A DNA stretch of 64,000 nt from Patescibacteria group bacterium (GCA_040384805.1 JAZKIP010000001.1:51981-115980); one strand, 5' to 3'; positions 48,539 through 58,914 are shown, numbered from the stretch's first letter. Translations and numbers: made by a program. The notes: generated by a model from the letters alone, not told the origin.

Positions 48539-49612
48539 CTATACTCCTTCTTGTTGGAGTTTTTCCACCAGTTCTTTCGACTTCTTTGAAAGTTTCGATG
48601 GCATTTTTACGAGTATCCGGATAATGATATCTCCTCTGCCCCCTCGGGATGGCACTCCTTTGCCTCTGACACGGAGGAATTCTCCATGATTGATTCCTTC
48701 CGGAATTTTCACCGAGACCGTATTCCCTTCAAGAATCGGGAGGTCGTATTCCATGCCAAGAAGGGCATCGGAAAGTTTGATCGGAAGATCCATAATAAGA
48801 TTAAGGCCATCGCGCTTAAATACTCCATGAGGGCGGACATTGATCTTAATATAGAGATCTCCTGTTGTAGCACCCTGTAGTGCCTCTCCGAGTCCTGTCA
48901 TCCGGACCATTTCGCCGTTGTTGATGCCTGCTGGTATATTTACCGTGATCTCTTCCTGTTTTCTCCTGACGCCCGCACCGCGGCATTCGGCGCATTTTTC
49001 ACTCGGGACTTTTCCGAGACCATTACATGTCTCGCACGAGCGCGTGCTTGAAAAAGATCCGAGGATTGAACGCTTCGTTTCCCTGATCTGCCCGTTGCCG
49101 TTGCATGTCTTGCATGTTTCCATCTTCGTACCCGGCTTTCCACCGCTTCCTTTGCAGATATCGCAGAGAGACTGCTTGGTAATCAGAATGGTACGCGAAA
49201 CTCCAAATATTGATTCTTCGAACGATATGTCGATTTCTGTCGAGATATCGCGTCCGCGGCGCGCTTCCGCTCTCCTGCCCATGCCGCCTCCGAAGAAATC
49301 ACCGAAGATGTCTCCCAAATCTCCCATGTCGAATTCAACGCCTCCGTTTCCGAATCCTCCAAATCCCCCATATCCTCCTTGTCCACCGTTAAATCCCTGT
49401 GGGCCGTCTGCAGAGCCGAATTGGTCGTAATTGGCGCGCTTCTTATCATCTGAAAGGGTTTGGTAGGCTTCGTTGACCTCCTTGAATTTCTTGTCATCAC
49501 CCTTGTTTTTGTCGGGGTGATGCTTATGCGCGAGTTTATGAAAAGCCTTCTTGATCTCTTCTTTCAAAGCACCTTTCTCAACTCCCAGTATTTCGTAATA
49601 GTCTTTTGCCAT
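48539..49612 (-). CDS. dnaJ: chaperone DnaJ
   Basis: 357 aa; J-domain with HPD, G/F-rich region, four CxxCxGxG zinc repeats. Confidence 0.95.
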   Translation of the reverse strand: MAKDYYEILGVEKGALKEEIKKAFHKLAHKHHPDKNKGDDKKFKEVNEAYQTLSDDKKRANYDQFGSADGPQGFNGGQGGYGGFGGFGNGGVEFDMGDLGDIFGDFFGGGMGRRAEARRGRDISTEIDISFEESIFGVSRTILITKQSLCDICKGSGGKPGTKMETCKTCNGNGQIRETKRSILGSFSSTRSCETCNGLGKVPSEKCAECRGAGVRRKQEEITVNIPAGINNGEMVRMTGLGEALQGATTGDLYIKINVRPHGVFKRDGLNLIMDLPIKLSDALLGMEYDLPILEGNTVSVKIPEGINHGEFLRVRGKGVPSRGGRGDIIIRILVKMPSKLSKKSKELVEKLQQEGV

Positions 49613-49756
49613 ATGATTAATGATTATACAATTATCTTCTTAAAAAACAAAAATAGTCTTTTGGAAGAGGCTTATACGCTCGACGGAGCGGATATGGAGA
49701 AAATTTCTAGCAGGAAATTTTCGTACTCTTCCAGAAGAGCTATTTTTGTTTTTTGG

Positions 49757-51658
49757 TTATTCCTTTGTAGGATTGTCGTTGACTTCAGCGTCCTTGATCT
49801 CAGGATTCTGTTCTTCGGGAATTTTTGATTCCTCGCTTCCGCCCGAGGCGGATCCGCTTTGAGCGGACATTGCTTCGCCGATCTTGGAGAGTTCATTCGA
49901 GAGTTCAGTTGTCGCTGTCTTGATCGCGACGCTATCCGTACCGTCTTTTGCTGTCTTAAGAGCATTGACCTTGTCTTCAACGGATGTTTTCACTTCCGCA
50001 GGAACTTTATCTCCGTAATCTTTAAGGGATTTCTCAGCGGTAAAAATCATCATCTCGGCAGTGTTTTTCATATCTGCCATTTCTTTCTTCTTCGCATCTT
50101 CTTCCGCGTGGACTTCTGCATCATCGCGCATTTTCTTTATATCTGCTTCGGATAAACCTGAGCTTGCTTCAATACGGATAGATTGCTCCTTGCCTGATGC
50201 CTTATCTTTCGCTTTGACATTAAGAATGCCATTGGCATCGACATCAAAAGTGACTTCCACTTGAGGAATACCGCGCGGTGCAGGAGGAATGCCTTCAAGA
50301 ATAAATCGGCCGAGAGATTTGTTGTCAGAGGCCATCGGGCGCTCTCCCTGAGTGATATGAATCTCCACGCTCGTCTGGTTATCAGCGGCTGTCGAGAATG
50401 TTTGCGATTTTGAGCTTGGAATGGTCGTATTTCGCTCGACGAGCTTCGTCGATACGCCTCCGAGGGTTTCAATACCCAAGGAGAGCGGTATAACATCAAG
50501 AAGAAGAACGTCGCGCACATCTCCCTGTAGGACTCCTGCCTGAACGGCCGCTCCAAGAGCGACAACTTCATCGGGGTTGATCGACCGGTTCGGATCCTTA
50601 CCGAAAAGCTTCTTGACCGCTTCAACGATCGCAGGCATGCGTGTCTGGCCTCCGACAAGAATGATCTCATTGATCTCATCCATCTTAAAGGGCGATGCTT
50701 CGATTGCGCGCTTGGTAATCTCGATCGAACGTGTAATATATTCCTCCGCCAATGATTCGAGAGTCGCCCTGCTCATTTTCAAAAGCAAGTGCTTCGGGCC
50801 TGTTGCATCGGACGTGATAAACGGGATATTGATCTCAGATTCGGGAGTCGTCGAAAGCTCGTGTTTTGTCTTTTCTGCAGCTTCCTTGAGACGCTGGAGA
50901 GCCAAGACATCCTTTGTGACATCGATTCCTGATTCCTTTTTATATTCATCGGCAATCCAACGAATGATCTTCTGATCGATATCCTCGCCGCCCATATGAG
51001 AGTCCCCGTCTGTCGATTTTACTTCAATGACGTCATCGCCGACTTCAAGGACTGATACGTCGAATGTTCCCCCTCCGAAGTCATACACGACGATCTTTTC
51101 ATTCTTCTTCGTATTGAATCCGTATGCGAGAGCTGCTGCTGTCGGCTCATTGATGATGCGTTTTACGTCAAGCCCTGCAATGGCGCCCGCATCCTTTGTT
51201 GCTTTGCGCTGAGCGTCGTTGAAATATGCCGGAACAGTAATGACCGCTTCGGTAATTTTCTCTCCGAGCTTTGCTTCGACATCTGCTTTGATCTTGCCGA
51301 GGATCATAGCTGAAATCTCTTCCGGACGTGACCATGCATCGCCGAGCTTCACTTCAACTCCTCCTGTTGATCCTTTTTGGATTTTGTACGGAATCGTCTT
51401 TTCGTCTTTCTGGATTTCAGGATCATCATACATGTGACCCATGAAGCGTTTGATGCCGTAGATCGTATTTTCGGGATTTGTCACTGATTGGCGCTTCGCG
51501 AGAAGCCCTACCATGCGCTCACCGCTTTTCGTGATAGTAACGATAGAAGGAGTCGTTCGTGCGCCTTCAATATTTTCGATTATTTTCGGCTGGCCGCCTT
51601 CTATAATCGCAACTGCACTGTTTGTTGTACCCAAGTCTATACCAATTATTTTTGCCAT
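49757..51658 (-). CDS. dnaK: chaperone DnaK (Hsp70)
   Basis: 633 aa; [18 protein letters not shown], full Hsp70 architecture. Confidence 0.95.
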   Translation of the reverse strand: MAKIIGIDLGTTNSAVAIIEGGQPKIIENIEGARTTPSIVTITKSGERMVGLLAKRQSVTNPENTIYGIKRFMGHMYDDPEIQKDEKTIPYKIQKGSTGGVEVKLGDAWSRPEEISAMILGKIKADVEAKLGEKITEAVITVPAYFNDAQRKATKDAGAIAGLDVKRIINEPTAAALAYGFNTKKNEKIVVYDFGGGTFDVSVLEVGDDVIEVKSTDGDSHMGGEDIDQKIIRWIADEYKKESGIDVTKDVLALQRLKEAAEKTKHELSTTPESEINIPFITSDATGPKHLLLKMSRATLESLAEEYITRSIEITKRAIEASPFKMDEINEIILVGGQTRMPAIVEAVKKLFGKDPNRSINPDEVVALGAAVQAGVLQGDVRDVLLLDVIPLSLGIETLGGVSTKLVERNTTIPSSKSQTFSTAADNQTSVEIHITQGERPMASDNKSLGRFILEGIPPAPRGIPQVEVTFDVDANGILNVKAKDKASGKEQSIRIEASSGLSEADIKKMRDDAEVHAEEDAKKKEMADMKNTAEMMIFTAEKSLKDYGDKVPAEVKTSVEDKVNALKTAKDGTDSVAIKTATTELSNELSKIGEAMSAQSGSASGGSEESKIPEEQNPEIKDAEVNDNPTKE

Positions 51659-51862
51659 ATGCTTTAAAATTGATTACTAATAAATTTTAATAAAAGTATT
51701 ATCAGTATACACTCAACTATTATTTTTGACAAGTATTTCGCGACCACTAAAATATTGTTTAATATATAGAATTATATTATACTAGTCAAATACCTGTCCC
51801 GTTAGAAAATCAACTAATGCTACAGGTCAAATATAGCCTTTATTATTAAATTTTTTAACGGG

Positions 51863-52405
51863 ATGAAGAAAAAACCCTCAATTCAAAAGGCAATTCTTAA
51901 AATTTTGGCCAATAAAAAAGCTATTTCCCTCGATACAATAAAAGACGCTGCAGAGAGCTCTCTTATGCCTGAAATTAAGAGTACTAAGGCAGAGTATGCA
52001 CTGACCCGTTCGATGAAGAACCTCGTTTCTGACGGCCTTGTAGAGGCTTTCAGTTCAGAGCACAAACAATACTTCCGCCTGACCCCCGAAGGCAAGCATA
52101 AGCTCAATAGTCTCACGCTCGATACGGATTCTAGCTTGGTTTCCACGCAATGGGACGGATATTGGCGTATCGTACTTCTTGATCTTCCTGAGAACCGCAA
52201 GAGCGAGCGCGAAGCCTTGCGCTACCTTCTGAAGAAAGCGGGATTCATCTGCGTGAAAAATTCAGTCTGGATATCCATGCACCCGTTCGAACATCTCTTT
52301 ACGAACATAAAGAAGGATCTAGGATTAACAACCGAACTTATCATTTTGGTTACCGACAAGCTTGACGATACAACCGAAGAATCATTTCTGGATTTGATGA
52401 AATAG
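51863..52405 (+). CDS. PaaX-like winged-helix transcriptional regulator
   Basis: 180 aa; N-terminal wHTH; central WDGYWRIVLLDLPENRKSEREALRYLLKKAGFICVKNSVWIS block resembling the PaaX middle domain. Divergent from dnaK, between grpE and dnaK. Confidence 0.45.
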   Translation: MKKKPSIQKAILKILANKKAISLDTIKDAAESSLMPEIKSTKAEYALTRSMKNLVSDGLVEAFSSEHKQYFRLTPEGKHKLNSLTLDTDSSLVSTQWDGYWRIVLLDLPENRKSEREALRYLLKKAGFICVKNSVWISMHPFEHLFTNIKKDLGLTTELIILVTDKLDDTTEESFLDLMK

Positions 52406-52445
52406 AAAAGAGCCCCGATCGGGGCTCTTTTCTATGAAATGAATT

Positions 52446-53027
52446 TTATTTTTTGTATTCGTATATGTTTACCCGTGCCGGCCGTACGATTCTTTCCCCT
52501 ATTTTATATCCTGCTTGGAGAACCCTCTCAACTGTATGATCTTTTGATTGATCATCTGTCGGGACCGTGTCGATCGATTGATGCAGATTCGGGTCAAAGG
52601 GCGCATGAGCCTGATCGATCTTCTCTATACCGGATTCAGTGAGAGCCGTTACGAACTGTTGGAATATATATTCGATGCCTGTTCGCCAATTCTGATCGAC
52701 TTTCTCCCATGCATCCTTGTTTGCGAATGCCATATCAAAACTGTCGAGCACCGGAAGAAAATTTTTGGCCATCTTTTCTTTTGCTATAAGTGAGCTATTG
52801 GCGCGGAGCTCCGTCATTTCCTTTTGAAGATTCACATAATCAGCTTTGGCTCTTTGCCATCCTGTTAAGTATTCTTCCTTTTCCTTGCGGACTGTCTTGA
52901 GGTCTTCCCTGAGTTTTTTCGTCATATCCTTGCCGGATAATTCTTCTCCATCCTCGGTGCTTTCGACAAAAGTCACGTCGTCAAAGGATTCATCGTTATT
53001 CTTATTATCTTTTTCTGTATCTTCCAT
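52446..53027 (-). CDS. grpE: nucleotide exchange factor GrpE
   Basis: 193 aa; acidic N-terminus, long helix, C-terminal beta domain ...PFDPNLHQ... typical of GrpE. Confidence 0.85.
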   Translation of the reverse strand: MEDTEKDNKNNDESFDDVTFVESTEDGEELSGKDMTKKLREDLKTVRKEKEEYLTGWQRAKADYVNLQKEMTELRANSSLIAKEKMAKNFLPVLDSFDMAFANKDAWEKVDQNWRTGIEYIFQQFVTALTESGIEKIDQAHAPFDPNLHQSIDTVPTDDQSKDHTVERVLQAGYKIGERIVRPARVNIYEYKK

Positions 53028-53071
53028 GAGAAATAGTATACCGAAAAAGAATCTTTTTGCAAAACAGCCGA

Positions 53072-54277
53072 TTACTTATCGAGAGATAGGCGGTAAATAA
53101 CTCCCTGTTCATCATCTGAAATATATGCAATTTCGTCATCAGTGAATTTTATATCAACAGGCCTTCCGTATTTCTTTCCGTCCTTCCCAAGCCACCCGGT
53201 GATGAAATCTTCGGTATCGACATATCGTCCTTGATCATCGAATTTTACTCTGACAATCTTATATCCTGTCGGAACTGACCTATTCCAAGATCCGTGATAT
53301 GCAACGAGAAGATCATTCGCATATTCCTTACCCCAGCTCTCTGGAATAAACGTAAGCCCAAGAGGCGCTGAATGCGCCTGAAGATCAACATATGATTCCT
53401 TTTCCAAGGGTTCCATGCAGGGATTTCTTATATAGGTATTTTTATCGAAATCAGTGTCATGAATATTCTTTCCGTAGCAGATAGGCCAGCCGTAGCTGCC
53501 TCCTTTTTCGATGATGTTTATCTCATCAGGCGGGATATTGTCTCCCAGACCGTCACGACCCATTTCGGTGGCATACACTTTATCGTTATGGAGCGTCATG
53601 AAAACAGCATTGCGAAGGCCTTTTACATAGGGATCTGTTTTTCCTGTTTTCGTATCGTATTGAATGATCGATCCATGACTGTCATCCTCATGGCAGACAT
53701 TACAGGATGATCCGATGGATATAAGAAGAATATTCTCATTCGGAGAAGGAAGGAATAATAGATCGCGGGTAAAGTGTCGATCTGTTGATCCGGATGGCAG
53801 ATCCAGGAGTTTTTTGTAGCTTGAAACAGTACCTTTCTCCTGATCGTAATCATAGCGAACAAGCGCATTAGAGAGAGCCACATATAAATAGCATGTTTCT
53901 CGGCAATCAAATGCCATCCCATGCGGCTTGTTGATCTTATCAACAAGCGTAGTATGATTATCCGCGCTACCGTTCTTGTCAGAATCTGCGAGAACCGATA
54001 TTTTCCCTTCCCCGGGCTGGCTGACAAGCATTCTACCTTTGGGATCAAATTGAATAACTCGGGCGTCAGGAAGATTCTCGGCATAGATATTCATAACAAG
54101 GCCTGTCGGAAGAGATAGGTATGCTATTGATCGATTATCGCCATTGCTGCCTTCTTTTTTTACTGTATCCGGAATAGTGATTGTTCCGACTTCTTTTTTA
54201 AAAAGGTAAAATCCGAATAGAGTTATAGCTACAATGATAATCACGACAATAATCCATTTTTTAGAAATAGCAGTCAT
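53072..54277 (-). CDS. membrane-anchored soluble-glucose/sorbosone dehydrogenase-family beta-propeller protein (PQQ-dependent sugar dehydrogenase-like)
   Basis: 401 aa; N-terminal TM; ...KPHGMAF... and ...GGSYGWP... motifs characteristic of the GSDH family. Confidence 0.6.
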   Translation of the reverse strand: MTAISKKWIIVVIIIVAITLFGFYLFKKEVGTITIPDTVKKEGSNGDNRSIAYLSLPTGLVMNIYAENLPDARVIQFDPKGRMLVSQPGEGKISVLADSDKNGSADNHTTLVDKINKPHGMAFDCRETCYLYVALSNALVRYDYDQEKGTVSSYKKLLDLPSGSTDRHFTRDLLFLPSPNENILLISIGSSCNVCHEDDSHGSIIQYDTKTGKTDPYVKGLRNAVFMTLHNDKVYATEMGRDGLGDNIPPDEINIIEKGGSYGWPICYGKNIHDTDFDKNTYIRNPCMEPLEKESYVDLQAHSAPLGLTFIPESWGKEYANDLLVAYHGSWNRSVPTGYKIVRVKFDDQGRYVDTEDFITGWLGKDGKKYGRPVDIKFTDDEIAYISDDEQGVIYRLSLDK

Positions 54278-54278
54278 A

Positions 54279-54473
54279 TTATTTTTTGGATTTCTTAGTT
54301 TTGCGCGCAGGAACTTTCCCTCCGGTTTTCCGGGCTTCGGAAAGCCCTATGGCGATAGCCTGCGTGCGGCTTTTGACTTTCTTGCCGCTTTTACCGGATT
54401 TTAATTTCCCTTCTTTATATTCGTGCATGACTTTGTGAACTTTCCTTTGAGTTTTTGTTTCTTTTTTAGGCAT
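54279..54473 (-). CDS. small lysine-rich basic protein (hypothetical)
   Basis: 64 aa, about 40% K/R; 2 nt downstream of the GSDH-like gene. Confidence 0.4.
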   Translation of the reverse strand: MPKKETKTQRKVHKVMHEYKEGKLKSGKSGKKVKSRTQAIAIGLSEARKTGGKVPARKTKKSKK

Positions 54474-54580
54474 ATTATAAAATTGATTATTTTTTATAAA
54501 ACGACTCCTTTTAAATTATGAACTTTCCAGAAAATATATGCAATATACTTATCCACCAAAAGTAATGACCACGCCTGTTC

Positions 54581-55045
54581 TTAAAACAAGCATGGTCGTT
54601 GATAATAGCCTTTCATCGCTTCCTGTGGCACGGTGCGCGTATGCATAGTTAATGCAACGCAGGAATAGCAAAATTTGATATCTTTTGCCGGTTCAGTTCT
54701 GTATAACTCGTATCTCTCCTGTTCTCCACAGCATCCTTTTGTTTGGCATTTGTATTTTACCAATGGAAGCGGCTTGCGAACTTCTTTTTCATCAAGGGAC
54801 TTATGTTTTATTTCCGGCTGCGGAATATATTTTAAGTCCGTGAAATGGGCTGGACGTTGATAATTTTTTACATTATCATCATCTGGCAAAATACGGTTAT
54901 GCAGAGTGATTTTCCTGCACGAAGAACAATTTTTTATATCTTCGACCCATGGAGCATACAACTCATATAGTTTATGGTTGCAGGAACCGCAGGTTTTGCA
55001 TGTATATAGAACAAGCGCGAGCGGCTGTTTGGTAGGTTCTATGTC
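54581..55045 (-). CDS. tandem zinc-ribbon protein (two C-x2-C...YELY...C-x2-C...H modules), unknown function
   Basis: Internal duplication: LVLYTCKTCGSCNHKLYELY...CSSCRKITLHNRILP...YQRP and LVKYKCQTKGCCGEQERYELY...CYSCVALTMHTRTVP...YQRP. Alternative start at 55066. Confidence 0.5.
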   Translation of the reverse strand, partial: DIEPTKQPLALVLYTCKTCGSCNHKLYELYAPWVEDIKNCSSCRKITLHNRILPDDDNVKNYQRPAHFTDLKYIPQPEIKHKSLDEKEVRKPLPLVKYKCQTKGCCGEQERYELYRTEPAKDIKFCYSCVALTMHTRTVPQEAMKGYYQRPCLF

Positions 55046-55115
55046 CATTTGAGAAAATTTTTTCAATCATATCATATATATTATATGTCTGCTTTTACGT
55101 TTTCCACAGGTACTA

Positions 55116-55142
55116 AAAAAGACCCGGGCACAGGGTCTTTTT
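55116..55142. terminator. bidirectional rho-independent terminator after rpsI
   Basis: aaaaagaccc-gggcaca-gggtcttttt. Confidence 0.7.
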
Positions 55143-55154
55143 ATGTAGAAATCA

Positions 55155-55565
55155 TTATCGCTTGCTCCACTGTGGGGCTTTGCGGGCTTTCTTGAGTCCG
55201 AACTTCTTTCGTTCTTTTTGACGAGGATCGCGCTTAAGCATTTTCGCCTTCTTAAGAGGTGATCGTAATTCTATATCAAATGAAACAAGAGCGCGGGAAA
55301 TGCCGTGACGGACAGCTTCAGCCTGAGAGTGTATGCCTCCGCCCTTGGCTGTGGCGACAACTTCGAATTTCTCGCTTGGATTTGACTCTTCGAATGCACC
55401 GGTAACTATTTTCTTAAGGTCAGCAGTCGGGAAATAAACAGTAAAATCTTTTCCGTTTATGGAATACGATGTTTTGGCTGCTTTAGTAAGGCGCACGACA
55501 GCTGTCGCGGTCTTGCGTCGTCCGATAGCGCGTATATATTCTTTTGTAGATGCTTTCTTTTCCAT
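55155..55565 (-). CDS. rpsI: 30S ribosomal protein S9
   Basis: 136 aa; C-terminal ...KKARKAPQWSKR. Confidence 0.9.
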   Translation of the reverse strand: MEKKASTKEYIRAIGRRKTATAVVRLTKAAKTSYSINGKDFTVYFPTADLKKIVTGAFEESNPSEKFEVVATAKGGGIHSQAEAVRHGISRALVSFDIELRSPLKKAKMLKRDPRQKERKKFGLKKARKAPQWSKR

Positions 55566-55568
55566 ATA

Positions 55569-55919
55569 TTATTCGGTGATTGTTAAGTGTTTCATCATAA
55601 GAGGTCGAAGTTTATTCGAAGGAAGCATGCCATACACCCCAAGCTCATAAAGAGCTTTCCATCCCTTCTTAGCGATTATTTCTGCATTCGTAGCTGTCTT
55701 GAATCCTCCGGGAAATCCTGAGTAATTTTCATGGATCGTAGTATTCAATCGCGCTTCAGACATGCGGGTCTTCGAAGCGTTAACGATATTTACCTTTACG
55801 TCAGCAACGGTATTAGCCGTGTAATCCGCTGATGTCTTGCCCATCAAAGCTTTAGCAGCAGCCGATGCTACGCGACCGAACGTTTTTCCTTCTGCGTCGA
55901 TTGTGTGTGTTGTTGTCAT
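55569..55919 (-). CDS. rplM: 50S ribosomal protein L13
   Basis: 116 aa; operon position upstream of rpsI; L13 core. Confidence 0.85.
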   Translation of the reverse strand: MTTTHTIDAEGKTFGRVASAAAKALMGKTSADYTANTVADVKVNIVNASKTRMSEARLNTTIHENYSGFPGGFKTATNAEIIAKKGWKALYELGVYGMLPSNKLRPLMMKHLTITE

Positions 55920-55920
55920 A

Positions 55921-56274
55921 TTATATAAATTCGATTATTGCCATTTTGCTTGCATCTCCCGCTCGGCGAGGAAGCTTGGTAATGCGCGTGTATCCGCCCG
56001 CCTGACCTTTGTATTTCGGAGCGATCGTATCGATAAGCTTGTTGGCTGAGGATGTCAGGCCGTAAAGCCGGGAAATAACGAGGCGTCGGGATGCTAGCGT
56101 GCCGACATTGGCCTTCGTGACGAGCTTCTCGATTGTCGGGCGAAGTTCCTTTGCTTTTGCTTCCGTCGTCTCGATACGTCCATGAGCAATCAAAGAAAGC
56201 ATCAAGCCCTTCAATAAAGCGGTGCGCTGATTCTTGTTTCTTCCAAATTTTCTAACGTTGCTGTGATGTCTCAT
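55921..56274 (-). CDS. rplQ: 50S ribosomal protein L17
   Basis: 117 aa; MRHHSNVRKFGRNKNQRTALLKGL start. Confidence 0.9.
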   Translation of the reverse strand: MRHHSNVRKFGRNKNQRTALLKGLMLSLIAHGRIETTEAKAKELRPTIEKLVTKANVGTLASRRLVISRLYGLTSSANKLIDTIAPKYKGQAGGYTRITKLPRRAGDASKMAIIEFI

Positions 56275-56288
56275 ATATGCTGATTATT

Positions 56289-57302
56289 TTATTTAAGGGT
56301 AATGCCATATCCGCCAAGGACTTTCTTTATCTCTTGGATCCCCTTATCTCCAATGCCTTCGATTTCCAAAAGATCTTCCTTTTTCTTGCGGGCAATGCCT
56401 CCGATGGTCCGGATATTTGCTCCCGTTAAGGCATTTAAGGTGCGGGTCGAAAGATCAAGAGTATCAATGCGGGTTTTAAGAATGTCTGTAAATTCATTTG
56501 GAGCGGCTACGTCTTTTGAATCACCCTTGCTATCTTCTTCGTTTTCATGGGAAGATTCTTGAAATGACCGCCCGGATAATATTGTAAAGCCGACAATAGC
56601 CTGTAGCTGTTCTACCATAAGAGTGATGGACTTTTCAAGGGCTTCCCGAGGTGTAAGAGTTCCGTCAGTTTCAATCGTCATTCTGAGGCGGTTATGGTTA
56701 GTTTTATCTCCTACGCGCATGTTCTCGACTTCATAGGAGACGCGGCGGATAGGAGTAAATATTGCATCTAAGGCGATTGTACCGACTTCCATCTTCGCTT
56801 TCTGGTGAACATCTTTTGAGACAAAGCCAAGACCTTTTTCAACAGTCATTTCAATAGAAAGAGTATTTTTCCCCGTTACTTCGGCGATATGAAGGTCCTT
56901 ATTGAGAATTTCTACTTGTCCTGAAACTTCGATGTCCGATGCGGTGACTTCCTTCGGTCCCTTAACGACGAGTTTTACTGTCTGGGGCTCATCGGTCAAA
57001 AGGCGGAAACGAACCTGCTTAAGATTAAGTAAGATTGTGATAACGTCTTCCTTGACGCCGTCGAGAACTGAGAACTCATGCGACGCTCCGTCGATCTTCA
57101 AGGATGTGATCGCCGCGCCTGTCAGAGATGAAAGAATGATGCGGCGGAGCGAATTACCCAAGGTATGTCCGTATCCCGGGTACAATCCGTCGATTTCATA
57201 GACACCCTTGGTGCCTGCTTCTGAAACGATGGATAATTTCGATGGTAACATTATATTTAAATCAGACATATGATATTGATATGCGCGAGAGTAGTCTCGC
57301 AA
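56289..57302 (-). CDS. rpoA: DNA-directed RNA polymerase alpha subunit
   Basis: 337 aa; NTD dimerisation and CTD (…LDLSTRTLNAL…IRTIG…) motifs. Confidence 0.9.
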   Translation of the reverse strand: MRDYSRAYQYHMSDLNIMLPSKLSIVSEAGTKGVYEIDGLYPGYGHTLGNSLRRIILSSLTGAAITSLKIDGASHEFSVLDGVKEDVITILLNLKQVRFRLLTDEPQTVKLVVKGPKEVTASDIEVSGQVEILNKDLHIAEVTGKNTLSIEMTVEKGLGFVSKDVHQKAKMEVGTIALDAIFTPIRRVSYEVENMRVGDKTNHNRLRMTIETDGTLTPREALEKSITLMVEQLQAIVGFTILSGRSFQESSHENEEDSKGDSKDVAAPNEFTDILKTRIDTLDLSTRTLNALTGANIRTIGGIARKKKEDLLEIEGIGDKGIQEIKKVLGGYGITLK

Positions 57303-57336
57303 TATTATCTATTAAAAGCGAACCTATCGCGTCTGC

Positions 57337-57945
57337 TTAACGACTATAAAATTCAAGAACCGTATTAAGATCGAGGAATCCTTCGATGTTTTTCGGCTTG
57401 CCTTGTATATTTCCGGAAAGGGCGCCGGCATCGAATTTCAACCAGTTCGGAAGCGTATATTCTTTCATCTTCTTCTCCATATCGCCGAATAAAGGGCTCT
57501 TGCGGCTTCCTTCACGCACTGCAATAGTATCAGCGGATTTTACGCGATACGATGCGATCGTCGTTTTCTTTCCATTGACGGTAATATGGCCATGAGACAC
57601 GAGTTGTCGAGAAAGGCGACGCGTATGGGCAAGACCCATGCGGTAGACGACATTGTCCAAGCGGCTTTCCAAAAGTTCAAAAAGATATTCGGTTGCGAGC
57701 GTCCCTTTATGCGCCACGGCTTCCTTGACGTAATTGGAAAATTGCTTCTCGCTTATATTGTACATAAAGCGAACCTTCTGCTTTTCTACGAACTGAAGCG
57801 CGTATCCAGAAAGAGCCTTCGGACGCTTATTCTTCGCGTTCTTGGCGTGCCGGGCCTCAGACATGACGAATTTAGGCGTTTGACATTTCTCAAACACGCC
57901 TGATCCTAAACGTCTGCACATTTTATATTTTTGAACTGTTTTCAT
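57337..57945 (-). CDS. rpsD: 30S ribosomal protein S4
   Basis: 202 aa; zinc-ribbon-like N-terminus, S4 RNA-binding domain. Confidence 0.9.
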   Translation of the reverse strand: MKTVQKYKMCRRLGSGVFEKCQTPKFVMSEARHAKNAKNKRPKALSGYALQFVEKQKVRFMYNISEKQFSNYVKEAVAHKGTLATEYLFELLESRLDNVVYRMGLAHTRRLSRQLVSHGHITVNGKKTTIASYRVKSADTIAVREGSRKSPLFGDMEKKMKEYTLPNWLKFDAGALSGNIQGKPKNIEGFLDLNTVLEFYSR

Positions 57946-57975
57946 TTAAATAAATTTTTTAATTATCGATATGAT

Positions 57976-58416
57976 TTAAACTCGTCGAGGCTTCTTCGGT
58001 TTCGGTCCGTTATGCGGTACCGGAGTGACATCGCGAACGGATGATATATCGATATCAAATGCCATGAATGCGCGTATTGTAGGCTCTCGACCGCTTCCGA
58101 CGCCCTTTACCTGAACATCAACCTCCTTGATGCCGAGCGCTTTTGCTTTTTCTCCGATAACAGATCCCGCTTTAGAAGCTGCGAACGGGGTTCCTTTTTT
58201 TGCTCCCTTGAATCCAAGCGACCCTGCCGATGTCCAAAAGAGCGTGTTTCCTTCCTTATCCGAAAGCACGACTTTCGTGTTATTGAATGTTGCTTCAACA
58301 TGAAGCGTTCCTGAAACGACTTTCTTCTTCGGAACTTTCACCGCAGATGAAACCGGACTTGAATCTTTTTCCGAGACAACCTCTTCTTTTTTATTTGTGA
58401 TTTTTATTTTTCCCAT
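57976..58416 (-). CDS. rpsK: 30S ribosomal protein S11 (with N-terminal extension)
   Basis: 146 aa; C-terminal ...GVGSGREPTIRAF...DVTPVPHNGPKPKKPRRV. Confidence 0.9.
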   Translation of the reverse strand: MGKIKITNKKEEVVSEKDSSPVSSAVKVPKKKVVSGTLHVEATFNNTKVVLSDKEGNTLFWTSAGSLGFKGAKKGTPFAASKAGSVIGEKAKALGIKEVDVQVKGVGSGREPTIRAFMAFDIDISSVRDVTPVPHNGPKPKKPRRV

Positions 58417-58418
58417 AA

Positions 58419-58799
58419 TTATGTCTTAGATTCCTTTCGACGGCCTGATGCCATAGTCTTTCGTACGTTTCCTCTGATTGTTCGAGAATTCGTCTTTGTT
58501 CTCTGTCCCCGGGCAGGCAATCGGCGCATGTGCCTGACGCCACGATATGCTTTGATATCTTTGAGCCGTTTGATATTGGATGCGACTTCTCTCTTAAGAG
58601 TTCCTTCGATAGACATTGTTTCAATAACTTTGCGGATGGCATTCTCCTGATCAACAGTAAGAGCGTCCCCTTTCATCGTAGGATCAATCTTGACTTCCTT
58701 GAGGATCATGCGAGCTCGCGAGAGACCTATACCGTATAAAGATGTAAGGCCGATATCGAGATGCTTGTTGTTTGGAATTGTTATACCGAGGATTCGCAT
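58419..58799 (-). CDS. rpsM: 30S ribosomal protein S13
   Basis: 126 aa; MRILGITIPNNKHLDIGLTSLYGIG. Confidence 0.9.
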   Translation of the reverse strand: MRILGITIPNNKHLDIGLTSLYGIGLSRARMILKEVKIDPTMKGDALTVDQENAIRKVIETMSIEGTLKREVASNIKRLKDIKAYRGVRHMRRLPARGQRTKTNSRTIRGNVRKTMASGRRKESKT

Positions 58800-58803
58800 A
58801 AAT

Positions 58804-58914
58804 AATTATTGTTTTTGCTTGTGCTTAGGGTTTGAACAAATGACGCGAAGATGGCCTTCACGCTTGACTAATTTGCATTTTGCACAGATTTTTTTAACTG
58901 CGGATTTGATCTTC
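58804..58914 (-). CDS. rpmJ: 50S ribosomal protein L36
   Basis: Not in the ORF track (36 aa): [36 protein letters not shown], canonical L36 C-x2-C...C...H zinc ribbon; sits between rpsM and infA. Confidence 0.85.

Noticed and set aside
49613-49756. Imperfect long-range inverted repeat (tcttttggaagag ... ctcttccagaaga) between dnaK and dnaJ
   Set aside because: Imperfect and plausibly just an mRNA secondary structure within the dnaK-dnaJ spacer; not enough to call a regulatory element.
51659-51862. Search for a CIRCE (HrcA) operator upstream of dnaK
   Set aside because: Only partial resemblance (gagtg..., ttagtaatc) without the required inverted partner; not called.
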